Shown here: positions 24,821 to 37,654 of the stretch, one piece after another
Layout: each line of letters opens with the position of its first letter
Numbering within the stretch: the first letter of the stretch is position 1
Origin: Scyliorhinus canicula
Lineage: Eukaryota
Direction of reading: 5' to 3'
Length of the DNA stretch: 64,000 nt
Assembly: GCF_902713615.1 (NCBI RefSeq)
Contig: NC_052166.1
Span: 47,531,870 to 47,595,869, forward strand
Made by a program: the position numbers and the translations under genes
The notes under the pieces: model-generated
Told to the model about the DNA's origin: nothing
Seen by the model: only the letters and a program-made list of their open reading frames with translations
Database searches by the model: none

Positions 24821-25399
24821 CAACATTGAAAAATTTCTCGTACAGCAAAAGGAAAGGAGAATGAAACACAAAAATGAAAGTAAGAAAAAGCAGGGCAAAT
24901 GGCTTTCCTCTGTGCTGCGACAATTTTGTGCATTGCAAATGGGCAAGTGAAATGATCTCCTAATTAACACAAATTTTCCTATTAAGTAAAGAAATAAATA
25001 CATCACAAAATCAAGCCATCTTAAAACTTACTTTCCATGATATAGCTCATGGTGGTCATCTGTCTTTTCACTGTGATGAATTTAGACAGCTTGGAGTAAA
25101 TTTTACAGTACCATCTTCCTACTTTCTTTGAATACTCCTTTGATAGCAATGATCCAGTACCACCTACATTACTTTGATTCATTTGGCAACCACCGCTTGG
25201 TAAAAAGCATTGCACCTTGATGCATTTCTGCATGAACTACATCGACACTCCCCCTTAGATACCTCATGGTTCTCGCTTTTCATTTACTTTTTGAATATTT
25301 CACAACCAGCCCTTGGATTTTATGGGAACACAGCCCTAATTGCATTGCTTTCATAGCTCCTACTTAACATCCCTATTAAATCTTAAATTAGTGGAATGG

Positions 25400-26340
25400 G
25401 GGGAGGGGCTGCGTCTCATTGGATCAGTTTTGGAGGCACAATGGGTCCAATGGTTTGGTGTGTGGGGGATGACGATGGGGTTATCTGAGGTGGTTAACAC
25501 GGGGGTGTTAGGGTGATGTGGAGACCCGGGGTCCACCTGTCTCTACTTTAAATATATGGAGACAACTCATGCAACATTTCAAGCTGGGCCCCTTTTGTAT
25601 GAACCACTTGTTTAAACTGGCGAAGTTGGGGGCCACATTTGAGTGGAAGAGGCTGGAGAGAGAGAGGGGCATTTATTTTTGGAGGGGCGGTTTGCCAGCC
25701 TGGAGCAGCTGAAAGTCGGGCTATTGTACTCAGATGCTATTAGGCGCCTCCAGCTTCAAAATCTTGTTTGACAGACGTTCCCGACGTGTCTGATGGCACC
25801 GCCTTCAATCTTATTGGACAGGATTCTTTCCTTTTCAGGGTTAGAAGATGCCTGGCATCTAGGGACTGATTTTGGGTGAAGAGTTGCCTCGGTGGAGGGG
25901 GTGAAGACTGAATGGGAGAAACTGAGACCTATGCTGGACGAGATGTGAAGCGAGTCCCTCTGCAGGGTGATCATTATGTCATCCTGTGCGATGCTGAGTC
26001 TGGGTCTCCTGAATATTGAGCTGGAGCCCTATCCTTTAGTGGTTATATTCAAGGTATTGTACCTGTCAGAGTTGCAGGGGCAGATGCCCTGGCATTCCCC
26101 TCACTGATTGCTCAGAGGTAAATCCTCCCCGAGTTGGAGACTGGACTTGGCTAGGTGACTTAATGGAGTTTTTGCACCTCTATATAAAGTCAAATATACA
26201 AAGATCAATTGAAGGGTTCCACCAACCATTCATATTGTTGGAATTGGTCAGTTAGCTGTTGGGGGAGGGGGTGGGGCTTGCTCTTGTTTGTCATTTTTGT
26301 ACTTCGTATCTTTTGGGTATAAAATTTGTAAATACTTTTC
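25400..26340 (+). mobile_element. Degenerate L1 ORF2 3' fragment
   Basis: VSTLNIWRQ and CCCTCACTGATTGCTCAGAGG resemble the L1 at 18575-21133. Confidence 0.6.
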
Positions 26341-26662
26341 CCCCAGAAAAGCTGACGTTTTTTTTCCTAAGCCCTGTTAATTCGAAGAGCCCACATTACA
26401 GATGTGATCTAACCATATTTCTGCTCATCTTTACTGTCTCAATATTTCAGCCCCAAATCCCATTTGCTTTCTTAATGCTTTTTTAAAATAAATAGCCCCA
26501 TCTAAACTTATGCAACTATAAACTTGAATTATGTGACTCCCTCGCTCCAATGTGCAATTTAATGCTATTTTAATTCCTAAAATGTATAACCATTTTTCTA
26601 TTAAATACATTAGCTCGTTACTCAACTATTCATAGAACTCTCCATTCTTCTTGACAGCATAT

Positions 26663-26935
26663 GGGCGGCACTGTGGTCAGCACGGTTGCTTCACAGCACC
26701 AGGTTTTGATCACTATCTGTGCAGTCTGCACGTTCTCCCAGTGTCTGTGTGAGTTTCCTCCGGGCGCTCCAGTTTCCTCCCACAAGTCCCGAAAGATGTG
26801 CCGTTAGGTAATTTGGACATTCTGAATTCTCTGTGTACCCGAACAGGTGCCGGAGTGTGGCAACTAAGGGCTTTTCACAGTAACTTCACTGCGGTGTTAA
26901 TGTAAGCCTACTTGTGACACTAATAAAGATATTAT
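26663..26935 (+). mobile_element. HE1-head SINE with a Rex1-like tail
   Basis: HE1-type core followed by CTTTTCACAGTAACTTCACTGCGGTGTTAATGTAAGCCTACTTGTGACACTAATAAAG; sister copies at 39285-39515, 47872-48167, 54830-55080 (all minus). Confidence 0.85.
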
Positions 26936-28192
26936 ATCCAGTTTGGATATTGGTTAGTAGAACTTGACAAGTCCAGATACTTATATTCTTATAACAACAG
27001 TGGTCCAATACTAACCCCCGTCTCCTCAGTCCTCATACCCATCTCAAGGGTACATGGCCTTTCAAGCTCATTTTTTGTCTATACAAAATTTTTCCTTTTG
27101 ATGCTATTGGCTGTGATTTCTTGCCAACCACCTTAAGTCCTGAATCAAATGCTTTGTGGAATTACAGCCCAGATCATCTTTGTTATTCTTCCTAAAAAAT
27201 ACTCCAGCACGTTTCAATTATCAGTCTGATAATCCAGTCACCACTCATCCTTTTCCACAACTCAACTGACTTTTGCTACCTAACCACCGACCCCTGCACC
27301 CCATTGAAACATTCTTCCGCAAATATGCTGTGTCTGCATTGGGTCCGAGTACTCCCTTTATTTCTAGAATTTTAGCAAATGAAAACATTGGAGGTCAACC
27401 AAAAATCTTCCCTGGAAGCAAATTTCACCATGTGTTTCCAACAGCAAAGTTCTTGGCCTGTTACTTTTATTCATGTTGTGGATGCAATGAGCTCTCAGCC
27501 AGGGAACACGAGTCAACAATGCACTTATGCCATAACTGAGCAGCAGTTTCGACCAAACTTTGATCTGATCTTTTTGTTCAGATTTTGACAAACCAAAGAC
27601 AAGTCACAGCAAAAGCTATCAGCTTAGTTTGTCATTTTAAATGATTTAAACATGCTGCTAAATCACTACTGAGTCAAAGCAGATGTGCAACACAACCAAC
27701 TTGTTATTGTTTCAATCAAAACAAGCCAATACTGAAGTTGGAATAGATTTCAGTGACTATATGGATTTTCGGTTCTATAACGGCCGATGTCAGCATTTCA
27801 CTCCTGTCCAGATGCCATCAACTGAACTTGTGATGTTGTAGTAAAAATGTTAATCAAATTTGCACCATTGCCAGTTCTAGTGCCTATGTTAGGACATGTC
27901 GCTCTAAATAGATCACTGTAAACCTATGATATACCATCTCACTCAGCCCGATCCAAACTAGATTTGTCTCGAGGCTTTTATGTGACATTTTACATGGAAT
28001 CCAAATATGCCACTTAGGCCAGTTTCTAAAAAGACAATCAAGACTTTATTTCACTGGGAATTCGCTTACGCTCTTTAGAGAATTCAATGTTTGTGGAGAC
28101 ATAAAATTATGAAGAAAGGTCACTTCGGTTGACAAGAAGATCCAAGATACTAGGATTATTTCTTACATTTCCTCCAATTTGCTCAGATTCCT

Positions 28193-28267
28193 TTTATTGG
28201 GAAAATGCACAAAACATTCTGAACACGGCAATAAAACCAAAAACACAAGTCTTTTCTTAAATTTAAT
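28193..28267 (-). terminator. Candidate RPL35 polyadenylation signals
   Basis: ATTAAA (28262-28267) and AATAAA (28193-28198) on the minus strand, shortly after the stop codon. Confidence 0.6.
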
Positions 28268-28286
28268 ATCTTGTATGGCAGAACAT

Positions 28287-28436
<150 letters not shown>

Positions 28437-30328
28437 CTAAGAAGTTTATAAAGAAACTAAGATCAGCAGCCATCTAAACATCACCGATTTTATCAAACAG
28501 TGGCTTTTCATAACTGACTTAATATTTAACAGCAATAAGAGCCACAACCATCAATACATTCTTATCAACCAGGAGCTAGAATAGGGGCACACGTACTATG
28601 ATTGACCTGACTCCCAGGTTTCACATATTTTCAACCACTGACTGCAACTTTAAAATAGTTTGAAACTTATTCATGTTCCTGACATGAACATCCAAGGGAG
28701 ATGACCACAAACCAAAATCACCATACTCAAAATCAAAGAAAACCGACCAACACCTAACTGGCCACATGCACACACACAATTCTATTGTAGTTGAATTCCG
28801 ATAGTGGGGTATATTGAGAATTAAGATCAAGTCAAAGTTTTCAGATGAAATAAAATTAGAAACGAGATGATTGGGTCAGGGTTTACAGAACTGAATTTCC
28901 GCATCCATTTTAAAGCTGTGACTTCTTTAATGTAGTGTTTCTCTACAGTATGGAGATGTACACAGGCAAAGCCACAAAAGGATCTATACATAAGGGTGAG
29001 CATTTTAAAGTGGGAGGTATTAGGGAACTGGGGACAAGGTATCATCGAGGACATGAGTAAATGGAACTTAGTTTGCCATCAGTATGCTGATGAGCGGAAC
29101 TTTTAGGTTTCAGAAGTCTATCCCATTTTTCTTTGCAGCTTGGCATGGACAGGGATCTGATACAGGACAGGCCTGTGAGGACAGATAGTTTCCATCTCCA
29201 AAAAGGACATTAATGAACCAGTTGGATTTTTAAAATGTCATTCATGCTCACTTTTACCAGAATCAAATTTTTCCTTCCAGCTTTTTAAAAACAGAATTCA
29301 AATTCTCAAACTGACACGGTGGAATTCAAACTCATTTTCTCGGTTCATCAGTCCAGGATTACAGCTTCAGTAACAAAACCATTACCTGTAGCTTAACATT
29401 GCAAAATTATGAAATGTTATGCTCAAGGCAGAGGTTTAAGAAAACCCAAACTCATTACTGGTTTTTAAAAGTTGAGAACTGGTTCAAATATATACTCGCG
29501 AGGTGAAAGAGCAATCCAGTAATCCAATGCCTCTGACAAAACCCGTTAGCACCCATTCATCAAACCATTGATAATGTTCTACAACATTGATACAATCATA
29601 AATGAGGACGAGTTTGAGGGAATCCCCCAACTCCCCATCTATGACCACCTTGGACGCCCAAACATGGACAACCATGAAGCATGTGAAGAATGGAAAAGCC
29701 ACGGGAGTGGAAAAGATCCCAGTGGAAATGTTCAAACTTGGAGGAGCTGGGAAAATCATCACTTGAATCCTTGCTAGCCCCCTTCTCTCAGTCTCTGAAG
29801 CCAGTGGCTTCCGACCAAACTGTAGACATGATTTTCACTGTTCGGCAACTTAAAGAGAAATGCCAGGAGCAACATCAACCACTCTAATGTCCTTTAGCGA
29901 TCTGACCAGAGTGTTTGACTCATTCAATCAGGAAGTTCTATGGAAGACCCGGTCAAAGGCCGGCCTGTGAAATTCATCAACATCCTTCAACTCCTCCATG
30001 ACAAGAAAGGTGTTTGCGACAGTCCTGACCGAAGGAAAGACCAAGACTGGAACGCGTGAAGACAGGAGTCAAGCAGGGATCGTGTGTCATCGCCCCCACC
30101 CTTTTCTCCATCACCACCATTCTTCACCTCATCAAGAACAAGTTTCTTGGGGCGGCACGGTAGTGCAGTGGTTAGCACTGTTGCTTCACAGCTCCAGGAT
30201 CCCAGGTTCAATTCCCGGCGTGTCACTGTCTGTGCGGAGTCTGCATGTTCTCATGAGCATGAATGGCAAATGTTACAGGAAGCTTTGACAACAGCTCCAA
30301 TGCTGACATATTTTTGATCATACAAAGT

Positions 30329-31338
30329 GGGCAGCACAGTTGCTTCATAGCTCCAGGTTCGATTCCCAGTTCGGGTCACTGTCTGTGCGGAGTCTGCATG
30401 TTCTCTTCATGACTGCTTGGGCTTCCTCTGGGTGCTCCGGTTTCCTCCCACAGTCCAAAGATATGCAGGTTAGGTGGATTGGCTATGCTAAATTGTCCTT
30501 AGTGTCCAAAAAGATTGGGTGGGGTTATGGCAGTGTTCTTCAAAGGCGGGGGCGCGACCCGCGGGTGGGTGTCGGGAGGGTCGCGGAGTCATTGTCCGCT
30601 ACCGCGCATTGTCCGATCGCGCAAATCCCCGCGCAGTAGCCGGCTTTTCATAACATCGGCTGCAAGCAGCCGCGAACATGTTAAAAAAAAAATTTGCCCA
30701 CATTGCACACGTGATCAGCACGCACATGCAAATGCGCGGATAATCGGGCACACATGCATAGTGTGGCCGCTATTTTTTTTAAAAAAACGGTTGCAGCTTT
30801 TTGTTTTACAAGTTCTGTCGTGGTTTTTATTGATTTATTTTATTCATTTAATTTCTATTTTTTTCATTTAATTTTTTGTACAAGTTCGGGGGGGGGGGGG
30901 GGGGGGGGGGGGGGGTTTATTCATTTTTTTCATTTATTTTACTCATACAGGAAAAAAATTCAGAACTTTGGACAGATGGAGACTCCATACTTTCCGACAC
31001 CAGAAGGCTTCACCTTCATCCAACAGGTTCCATTGGAGGAGCGTGTACGAGGGCCAAAGGGACTCAAAACCATTTCCTCCATTTTTGTTAGCAGCAAACA
31101 AGGTAAGAGAAAATGGTGGGTCACGCAGGTCGGCCGGTGTGGGTCGCGAATTTCGGCCGGGTTGGGTCCCGAAGGTTGGCCGGTTGGTAAAAATGGGTCC
31201 CCGGAAAAAAAGTTTGAAGAACACTGGGTTATGGGGATAGGGTGGAGGTGTGGGCTTGGATGGGGTAGTCTTTCCGAGGGACGGTGTAGATTCGTTGGGC
31301 CGAATGGCCTTCTCTTGCACTGTAAATTCTATGATTCT
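30329..31338 (+). mobile_element. HE1-type SINE split by the hAT insertion
   Basis: The SINE is contiguous after removing 30531-31226 and one TSD copy. Confidence 0.85.
30531..31226. mobile_element. Non-autonomous hAT DNA transposon, 696 bp, inserted in a SINE
   Basis: 14-bp TIRs CAGTGTTCTTCAAA / TTTGAAGAACACTG; 8-bp TSD GGTTATGG (30523-30530 and 31227-31234). Confidence 0.95.
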
Positions 31339-32619
31339 ACAGGCAGGATAGGTGGATTGGCCATGCTAAATTGCCCCTTAATTGGCATACTCTAAATTAT
31401 TTTTCTAGAAAAGTTTGACACCTTTGCAGAAGCATACCAAAGAATCGATCTCAGCCTGAAGAGGGGTCAAAGTCCTTTCACAACCCACCCCAGGGCAAGA
31501 TCCAGTCTCTCCCTCCATCAAGATCAATAGAGAACCCTATCAAACGTGGAACATTTCCCCCGCCCGGGGAGCCACCTCTCACCAACAACGTGGAGCTCCA
31601 CCATATCCAATCCACAAATGCCTCCTTTGGAAGCCTAAGGATGAGAGCCTTTGACAACCACAACATCAAGATCCTCGTGTACAAGTCAGCTGCCCTCCCA
31701 AGTTTTGTGTATGGCTCAGAAACTGGGACTAAATACAGACACCCCACCTCAAGGACCTGGAGAGGTACCATCAATGCTTCCCAAGAGACTGATTCTCCAC
31801 ATCAACTGGGAGGACATGTGTACTAACATCAGCGTCCTTGGAAGAGCCAAGAGCACCAGCATCGAGGCCATGATCATCCGAAACCCCAGTTGGCCAGTCA
31901 TGTGCTTAGGATGTCAGAGTCCCGACTGCGAAAGAAAATAATCTTTGAGCAGCTCAAGGAAGGCTCCCAAACAAGAGGATGACAAAAGAAATGCTTCAAT
32001 GACATCCTGAAAGCCTACCTCAAGAAGTGCAACACAGACATCGACGCCTGGGAGACCTTTGCTCAGAAGAGAAACCTCTTGACTGAAGGGACACAATTCC
32101 TCGAGGACACCAGGCGGCAAGAGGAATCCCAGAAAAGAGCCAGGGAAAGAAATACAGTGATCTAGAGGCCAAGAACCGATCGCACTGCCTGGAAACATCA
32201 AGTGTGTGGTCGAAGATGCGGCTCTAGGATCAGGCTCATCAGCTATGCAAGGACCCACAGAACCCATGATCAGTAACAGTTTCTTAGGCGGACAATCATA
32301 CTCGTTAGTGAGTGATCGCCGAAGATGAAGACAACCCACCAATCTTCCTTCTGGCCAAAGCAGAGAATGTCAATTCAGCATCAAATTGGGGCAGCTGTAT
32401 GTTGTGGACTTATACCGATTAACTGTTCAGAATGCTCACCCAATAAAAAGCAAAAATTCATTGAATGATGAACCAAGTGCGACCAAACATTTGTATACAC
32501 AACAGACAAAGATTTGCACATGACACCCTCAAATCGAGATGAAAATCACACCCATGTCTTGTTTATTGCAGAACTCAATACATGAAAAGGACTCTTAATG
32601 CAAACAGGAAATGAAACTC

Positions 32620-33300
32620 CTGTCTTTGACCTCAACGCTCCTCACTGTCCAAGGTTCCAAACACTCCTTCCTGGTGAAGCACTGATTTACGTGCACTTCT
32701 TTCATTCTCAACCTCTGGATTTGTTGCTTAAAGTGGTCTTCACTACACTGGGGAGATCAAACTCAGACTGGGTGACTGCATTGCAGAACACCTCCATTTT
32801 GTCTGTGAGCATGACCGAGCTTCTGGTGGCCTGACATTTTAATTCTCCATCTTGCACTGTCCTCTGCCTGCCGCACCATGAAGCTCAAGCTTGAATAACG
32901 GCACCTCAATTCTTCCATTTACAGTCCCCTGGACTCAGCACGAGTTTCAACAAGTTCAGACTGTAAACTTTATACTCCATTTTGTTTCCTTCGGTTTTGT
33001 TTTCTTTCAGTCAGCCGAATACCTGCTCTAGGCATATCTTTTGTCTCCTTTCTTTCCCCAAGGCCTCGGAGGACTAATGTTTGTCTCATTCATTCTCTGG
33101 TCGTCCACCCCGTTACATGTCTTCCTTTTTTGTCCTCGCCCCACCCACACGTTTCTCCAAAACCCATTATATCTTCAACTTTTCCCAGTTTTGCTGAAAG
33201 GTCAGGCCTGAAAGTTTCTCTTGAACAGATGCTGCCTAACCTGCTGCGTTTTGCCCAGTACTTTGCTTTTGTTTTAGATTTTCAACACCTGCAGTATTCT
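32620..33300 (+). mobile_element. Penelope-like element relic (GIY-YIG region plus 3' tail)
   Basis: CTACACTGGGAGATCAAACTCAGACTGGGTGACTGCATTGCAGAACACCTC resembles a Y(I)GETKRRLGDRFAEHL motif; tail CAGATGCTGCCTAACCTGCTG. Confidence 0.55.
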
Positions 33301-33801
33301 GCTGAGAACAGCTTGGCAGAAGTGATATTAGCAGAAGACAACAGGAGGAACAATGATAGAAAACACAAATAAATGGCATATGCGATAAGCTGGAGGGGTG
33401 AGAGATGAGCAGGTAGAAAATAGGCAGAAATGGAAAAAAGTCTGAAAAATATCGAATCTCAGGAAACCATGGGACAATCACTAAATTCCACAGCTGAATT
33501 AAGTGCTATAACAGCTTACTATATGAAATATGCACCGAGTCCTGTTGGTACGGAATCTTTCTGCAAAGTTTACTGGGATCCACTTGTGGTGGACACAGTT
33601 CATCCCAATGAACATGTATACAACAACTACCAAGTCATGCAAATCAAAAACACTAATAGTACTGTAAGCATGGCTGATCCTCCTCTACTGCTTCCTGACT
33701 CCATATTTCGATGTGTATGCAGGAGTGTATTATAAACAAACAGCATGTACCATGTACTACAGAAGTTTCATATTACCAGCATGTGTCATTCTCAGTTATT
33801 A

Positions 33802-33969
<168 letters not shown>

Positions 33970-34301
33970 TCAGCCAATCACAAATCCTGCCAAACTTTGA
34001 GGTTAAAGGCAGCAGTCAATAGAAATGATGTACCACTTCAGCTCACATGGAGCTCGAACATTCACATGGACTGGCTAGGCTGAATTGCATGGTTCCGTGT
34101 TGCAATTCTGATGCATTTCTAAGTCCCTTAGGAAGCAGTGGTCCCATAAGGGCATGTACGTCACGCCAGTAAAGCAGAGCAGCAAAATCATTTAAAGGCT
34201 GGTACACTGTCACTCACTTTGAGCAAGGCTCCATAGCCCGTGCTTTGTACAGAGGGTAACTTTAATCACTAGTTTGTTCAAAAAAATTTACTGCACACTT
34301 A

Positions 34302-34439
<138 letters not shown>

Positions 34440-35204
34440 CTACATTTAATAAGAGTCACCACGTTAGTGTCACAAACAAAACCTCTAATCGGAGACAACA
34501 CTCTACATTACAAACAAAATTCCAAACGTTTCAAATGCTATACAGAGTAAGGAGGCCCTTTGTTCCATCAAGTCAGTCAGTTAGATCATTGCCAATCTGT
34601 ACCTCAACTCCAACCCATTTTTAAATCCATACACAATATAGATAACTTTCCCTAACAAAAATAGTCAATCTCAGTTCTGAGAATATCGATTGACCCAGCA
34701 TTCAGAGCCTTTGAAGCAGTGAGTTCCAGATTTCAATTACTAGCAATTAGGGCATAATAACTTGCATTTATATGGCAAGTTAACAAGTCAAACATCTTAA
34801 GACGCTGCCCAGCTTTACCAGGAAGGATCTAACATTGAGCCACATAAACGATAAGATGAGATGGTCAAAAGCTTATTCAAAAATGAGTCGCAAAGGAGGA
34901 AGTGATAAGACAAACGGAGAGGTTTAGGGGAGGAATTACAGAGCTGAAGGCCAAGGAAGACTGCTAAAGGGATGGCACCAATTGAATTTTAAAATCAAGA
35001 TTTTGCTCAAGGGGAGCCACTGCAAGCACAGGTAAATTCGATATGGGCATGAAGTTTTGGATTATTTCAAACTTTATGAGGGTCCTGCAGGAGTGTTGGA
35101 ATGCTCAAGTCTAGAGGTAACAGATAGGTACGGACAGAATCAAGTGATGTTAGGCAGATAGAAAGGGTGGTCTTAGTGAAATGAAAAAAAAATGAAATGA
35201 AATG

Positions 35205-35366
35205 AAAATCACTTATTGTCACAAGTAGGCTTCAAATTAAGTTACTGTGAAAAGCCCCTAGTCGGCACATTCCGGCACCTGTTCGTGGAGGCTGGTACGG
35301 GAATTGAACTGTGCTGCTGGCCTGCCTTAAAAGCCAGCGATTTAGCCCTGTGCTAAACCAGCCCCT
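35205..35366 (-). mobile_element. Short tRNA SINE with a Rex1-like tail
   Basis: Same family as 3868-4040. Confidence 0.8.
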
Positions 35367-35934
35367 AGTGAAGACATGGATGTGGTGGGAACCTCATCTT
35401 GGGGCCAAATATGATACCAAAACTCTTGGACCACCCCTCAACTACCTAAACACTCGGAACGGAAGACAAGTTTTCAGAGCATGTCCTCCATTTAATTCTT
35501 TAATCTTAGTATTATTCTGATGGATAACACGGTTTCCCTTCCAACTTCAATAGATCCTTTCCACGATAGTAGTTCCTAACATTGAACGCAGTACTCGAGA
35601 TAGGTCCAATCACAGCTTCCCTCTTTTAGGAGATAATAGCAACCAGCAATATTAAAGTTATCACTGTCACCAATGATCAGGAAGCTTATCCAAATCAACT
35701 GCATTAACATCAAGGCTATAAGAGCACATACAATGCACTGCCACTGTACTCTACACCCACTGGCAGCAAAAGGGACCAGCTTAGCTTAGTTGGCTGTAAA
35801 GCTGTATTCAGAGCAAGGCCAACAGCATGGTTTCAATTCCTGTACCAGCTGATTATTCATGAGAGACCCCACCTTCTCAACTTTGCCCCTCGCTTGAGGT
35901 GTGGTGACCCTCAGGTTAAATCACCACCATCTGT

Positions 35935-36283
35935 TAGAACATAGAACAGTACAGCACAGAACAGGCCCTTCGGCCCTCGATGTTGTGCCGAGCAATGATC
36001 ACCCTACTCAACCCCATGTATCCACCCTATACCCGTAACCCAACAACCCCCCCCCCCCCCTAACCTTACTTTTAAGGACACTACGGGCAATTTAGCACGG
36101 CCAATCCACCTAACCCGCATATCTTTGGACCGTGGGAGGAAACCGGAGCACCCGGAGGAAACCCACACACACACGGGGAGGACGTGCAGACTCCGCACAG
36201 ACAGCGACCCAGCCGGGAACCGAACCTGGGACCCTGGAGCTGTGAAGCATTTATGCTAACCACCATGCTACCATGCTGCCCCT
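35935..36283 (-). mobile_element. HE1-type SINE in RPL35 intron 1
   Basis: Full head, core and tail. Confidence 0.9.
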
Positions 36284-37034
36284 TCAAACGTAAGTTCTCC
36301 CCATCAAAGGGGAAAGGCAGCCGGTGATGCTCTGACTTTACTCTGCACCCACTGGCAATTCTGTGTGGCTAAACAGTAGTTTAGATTCAATCTAACAATT
36401 TTCCCAACTTACTTTAACAATGCCTCTGTGGCCCTTTAATCTCTGCCAAGAGGTCTGGGAAAGGGACATTAACAACCTCCCCTCCCATATCACACACAAT
36501 GTTGGGTATGTTGAACATACCCAACAGCATCTTGGGAGTGCACTGAGGCAGCAAACCCATCAGCTGCCCAGGATGGCAAGAGATGGGCACTAAAATAAAA
36601 CACATCGCTGGCCACGATGGTACAATCATTTGAAATGAATAGAAATGGGGGCGGATGGAGGGGGATTGAGCAAAGCCGCGGGAAGAGCCGCAAACCCCTC
36701 CGGCCGGCCTATGAAGCCGAGCAGCAGAGGCTCACTGGGCGCAGGGAGAACCGTCCCAGCAGCACAGTCGCTCTCTTTCCAGAAAACCGGCCGCGGGGCC
36801 GCTGAGCCTCGACCGCCATCTTCAGAGGCCGGCAGCGGCCTGTTGTCACCGAGACATCACCGCTTCCAACAGAACAAAAAAACCCACAAAGCATCACAAA
36901 TAACCGCCTCGGCCGAGGGGATGGGGTCCGAGGGTCCACAAGAGGCGATTATGGCGGCCCTGCGGCAGATGGTTTGTTAGGATTGATCGGGATTGTCCCC
37001 GGCGCTGGGAACTCAGAAACGCCATCACTCTCAC

Positions 37035-37037
37035 CAT
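37035..37037 (-). CDS. RPL35: 60S ribosomal protein L35 (uL29), coding part of exon 1 (ATG only)
   Basis: Minus strand reads CCTTTCCTGCGCTTGCGCTGACA-ATG|GTGAGA: a pyrimidine-tract start at ~37060, the ATG, then a GT donor. Joins exon 2 in frame. Confidence 0.9.
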
Positions 37038-37470
37038 TGTCAGCGCAAGCGCAGGAAAGGACAGGCCCGGGGGCGGGGCCTGTATTTCCACGTGACCCGC
37101 GCTACCACTTCCCCTTAATGGAGGGGGGCTGCAGAAGCATGGGCAAGTCTAAATTCATGTTCAACCACACGTCATTGCTTTTGGAAAAGCTAATAGTAAA
37201 ATTTACATCTCCTGACAGAGTGAGGATATTCACGCTGTCTTGGGGCTTGTTGATTTTTGATGTCCCCCCCCCCCCCCCCCTCTCAGGTTGTACATTCCGG
37301 GGGTTGTTTCCGGTTCCGGGACAAGGTTCAGCAAGCCCTCCTCCCCCGGCTCGGAGATCGGCATTAGCCCATGTCCTGGATGCTGCTGCCGCCGCCGCCG
37401 GTTCAGTAGGTGCGGCCGTGGGGAAAGGGACCGCTTTACAACAGAAAAAAAAAAGACATAAACAGGGCCA

Positions 37471-37610
37471 ATGGCGAAGAACACGCTCTCCAACCGGTTC
37501 CGGAAAGTCGATGTTGACGAATACGACGAGAACAAGTTTGTGGACGAGCAGGAGGAGGCAGCGGAGCAGCAGGGACCCGACTCGCTGGAGGTGGACACCC
37601 TCATCAGGCA
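37471..37610 (+). CDS. ARPC5L: Actin-related protein 2/3 complex subunit 5-like, coding exon 1
   Basis: [46 protein letters not shown](Q); ends CA|ATATCCTT, a U12 donor. Confidence 0.95.
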
Positions 37611-37654
37611 ATATCCTTCCAGCAGCGGGAGGCCGGGACTGGGGCAGCACGGCA

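Larger units (their letters stand above)
29490..32340 (+). mobile_element. Degenerate RTE-clade LINE in RPL35 intron 3, split by SINEs and a hAT element
   Basis: TVDMIFTVRQLKEKCQEQHQPL; KILVYKSAALPSFVYGSET; HINWED; homologous to the copy at 62845-64000. Confidence 0.8.
36650..37650. promoter_or_regulatory. CpG island / bidirectional promoter of RPL35 and ARPC5L
   Basis: CpG-rich; the two ATGs are 433 bp apart and divergent. Motifs seen: TOP-like CCTTTCC (37054-37060, minus), GC box GGGGCGGGGC (37070-37079), E-box CACGTG (37089-37094), three ETS/GABP-type TTCCGG (37295, 37308, 37314), YY1-type CCGCCATCTT (36813-36822) and ATGGCGGC (36951). Confidence 0.8.

Noticed and set aside
30888-30915. 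Long poly-G runs (also ~940-960 and 54673-54691) as functional elements
   Set aside because: They are homopolymers inside transposon relics; lengths are unreliable and nothing else supports a function.
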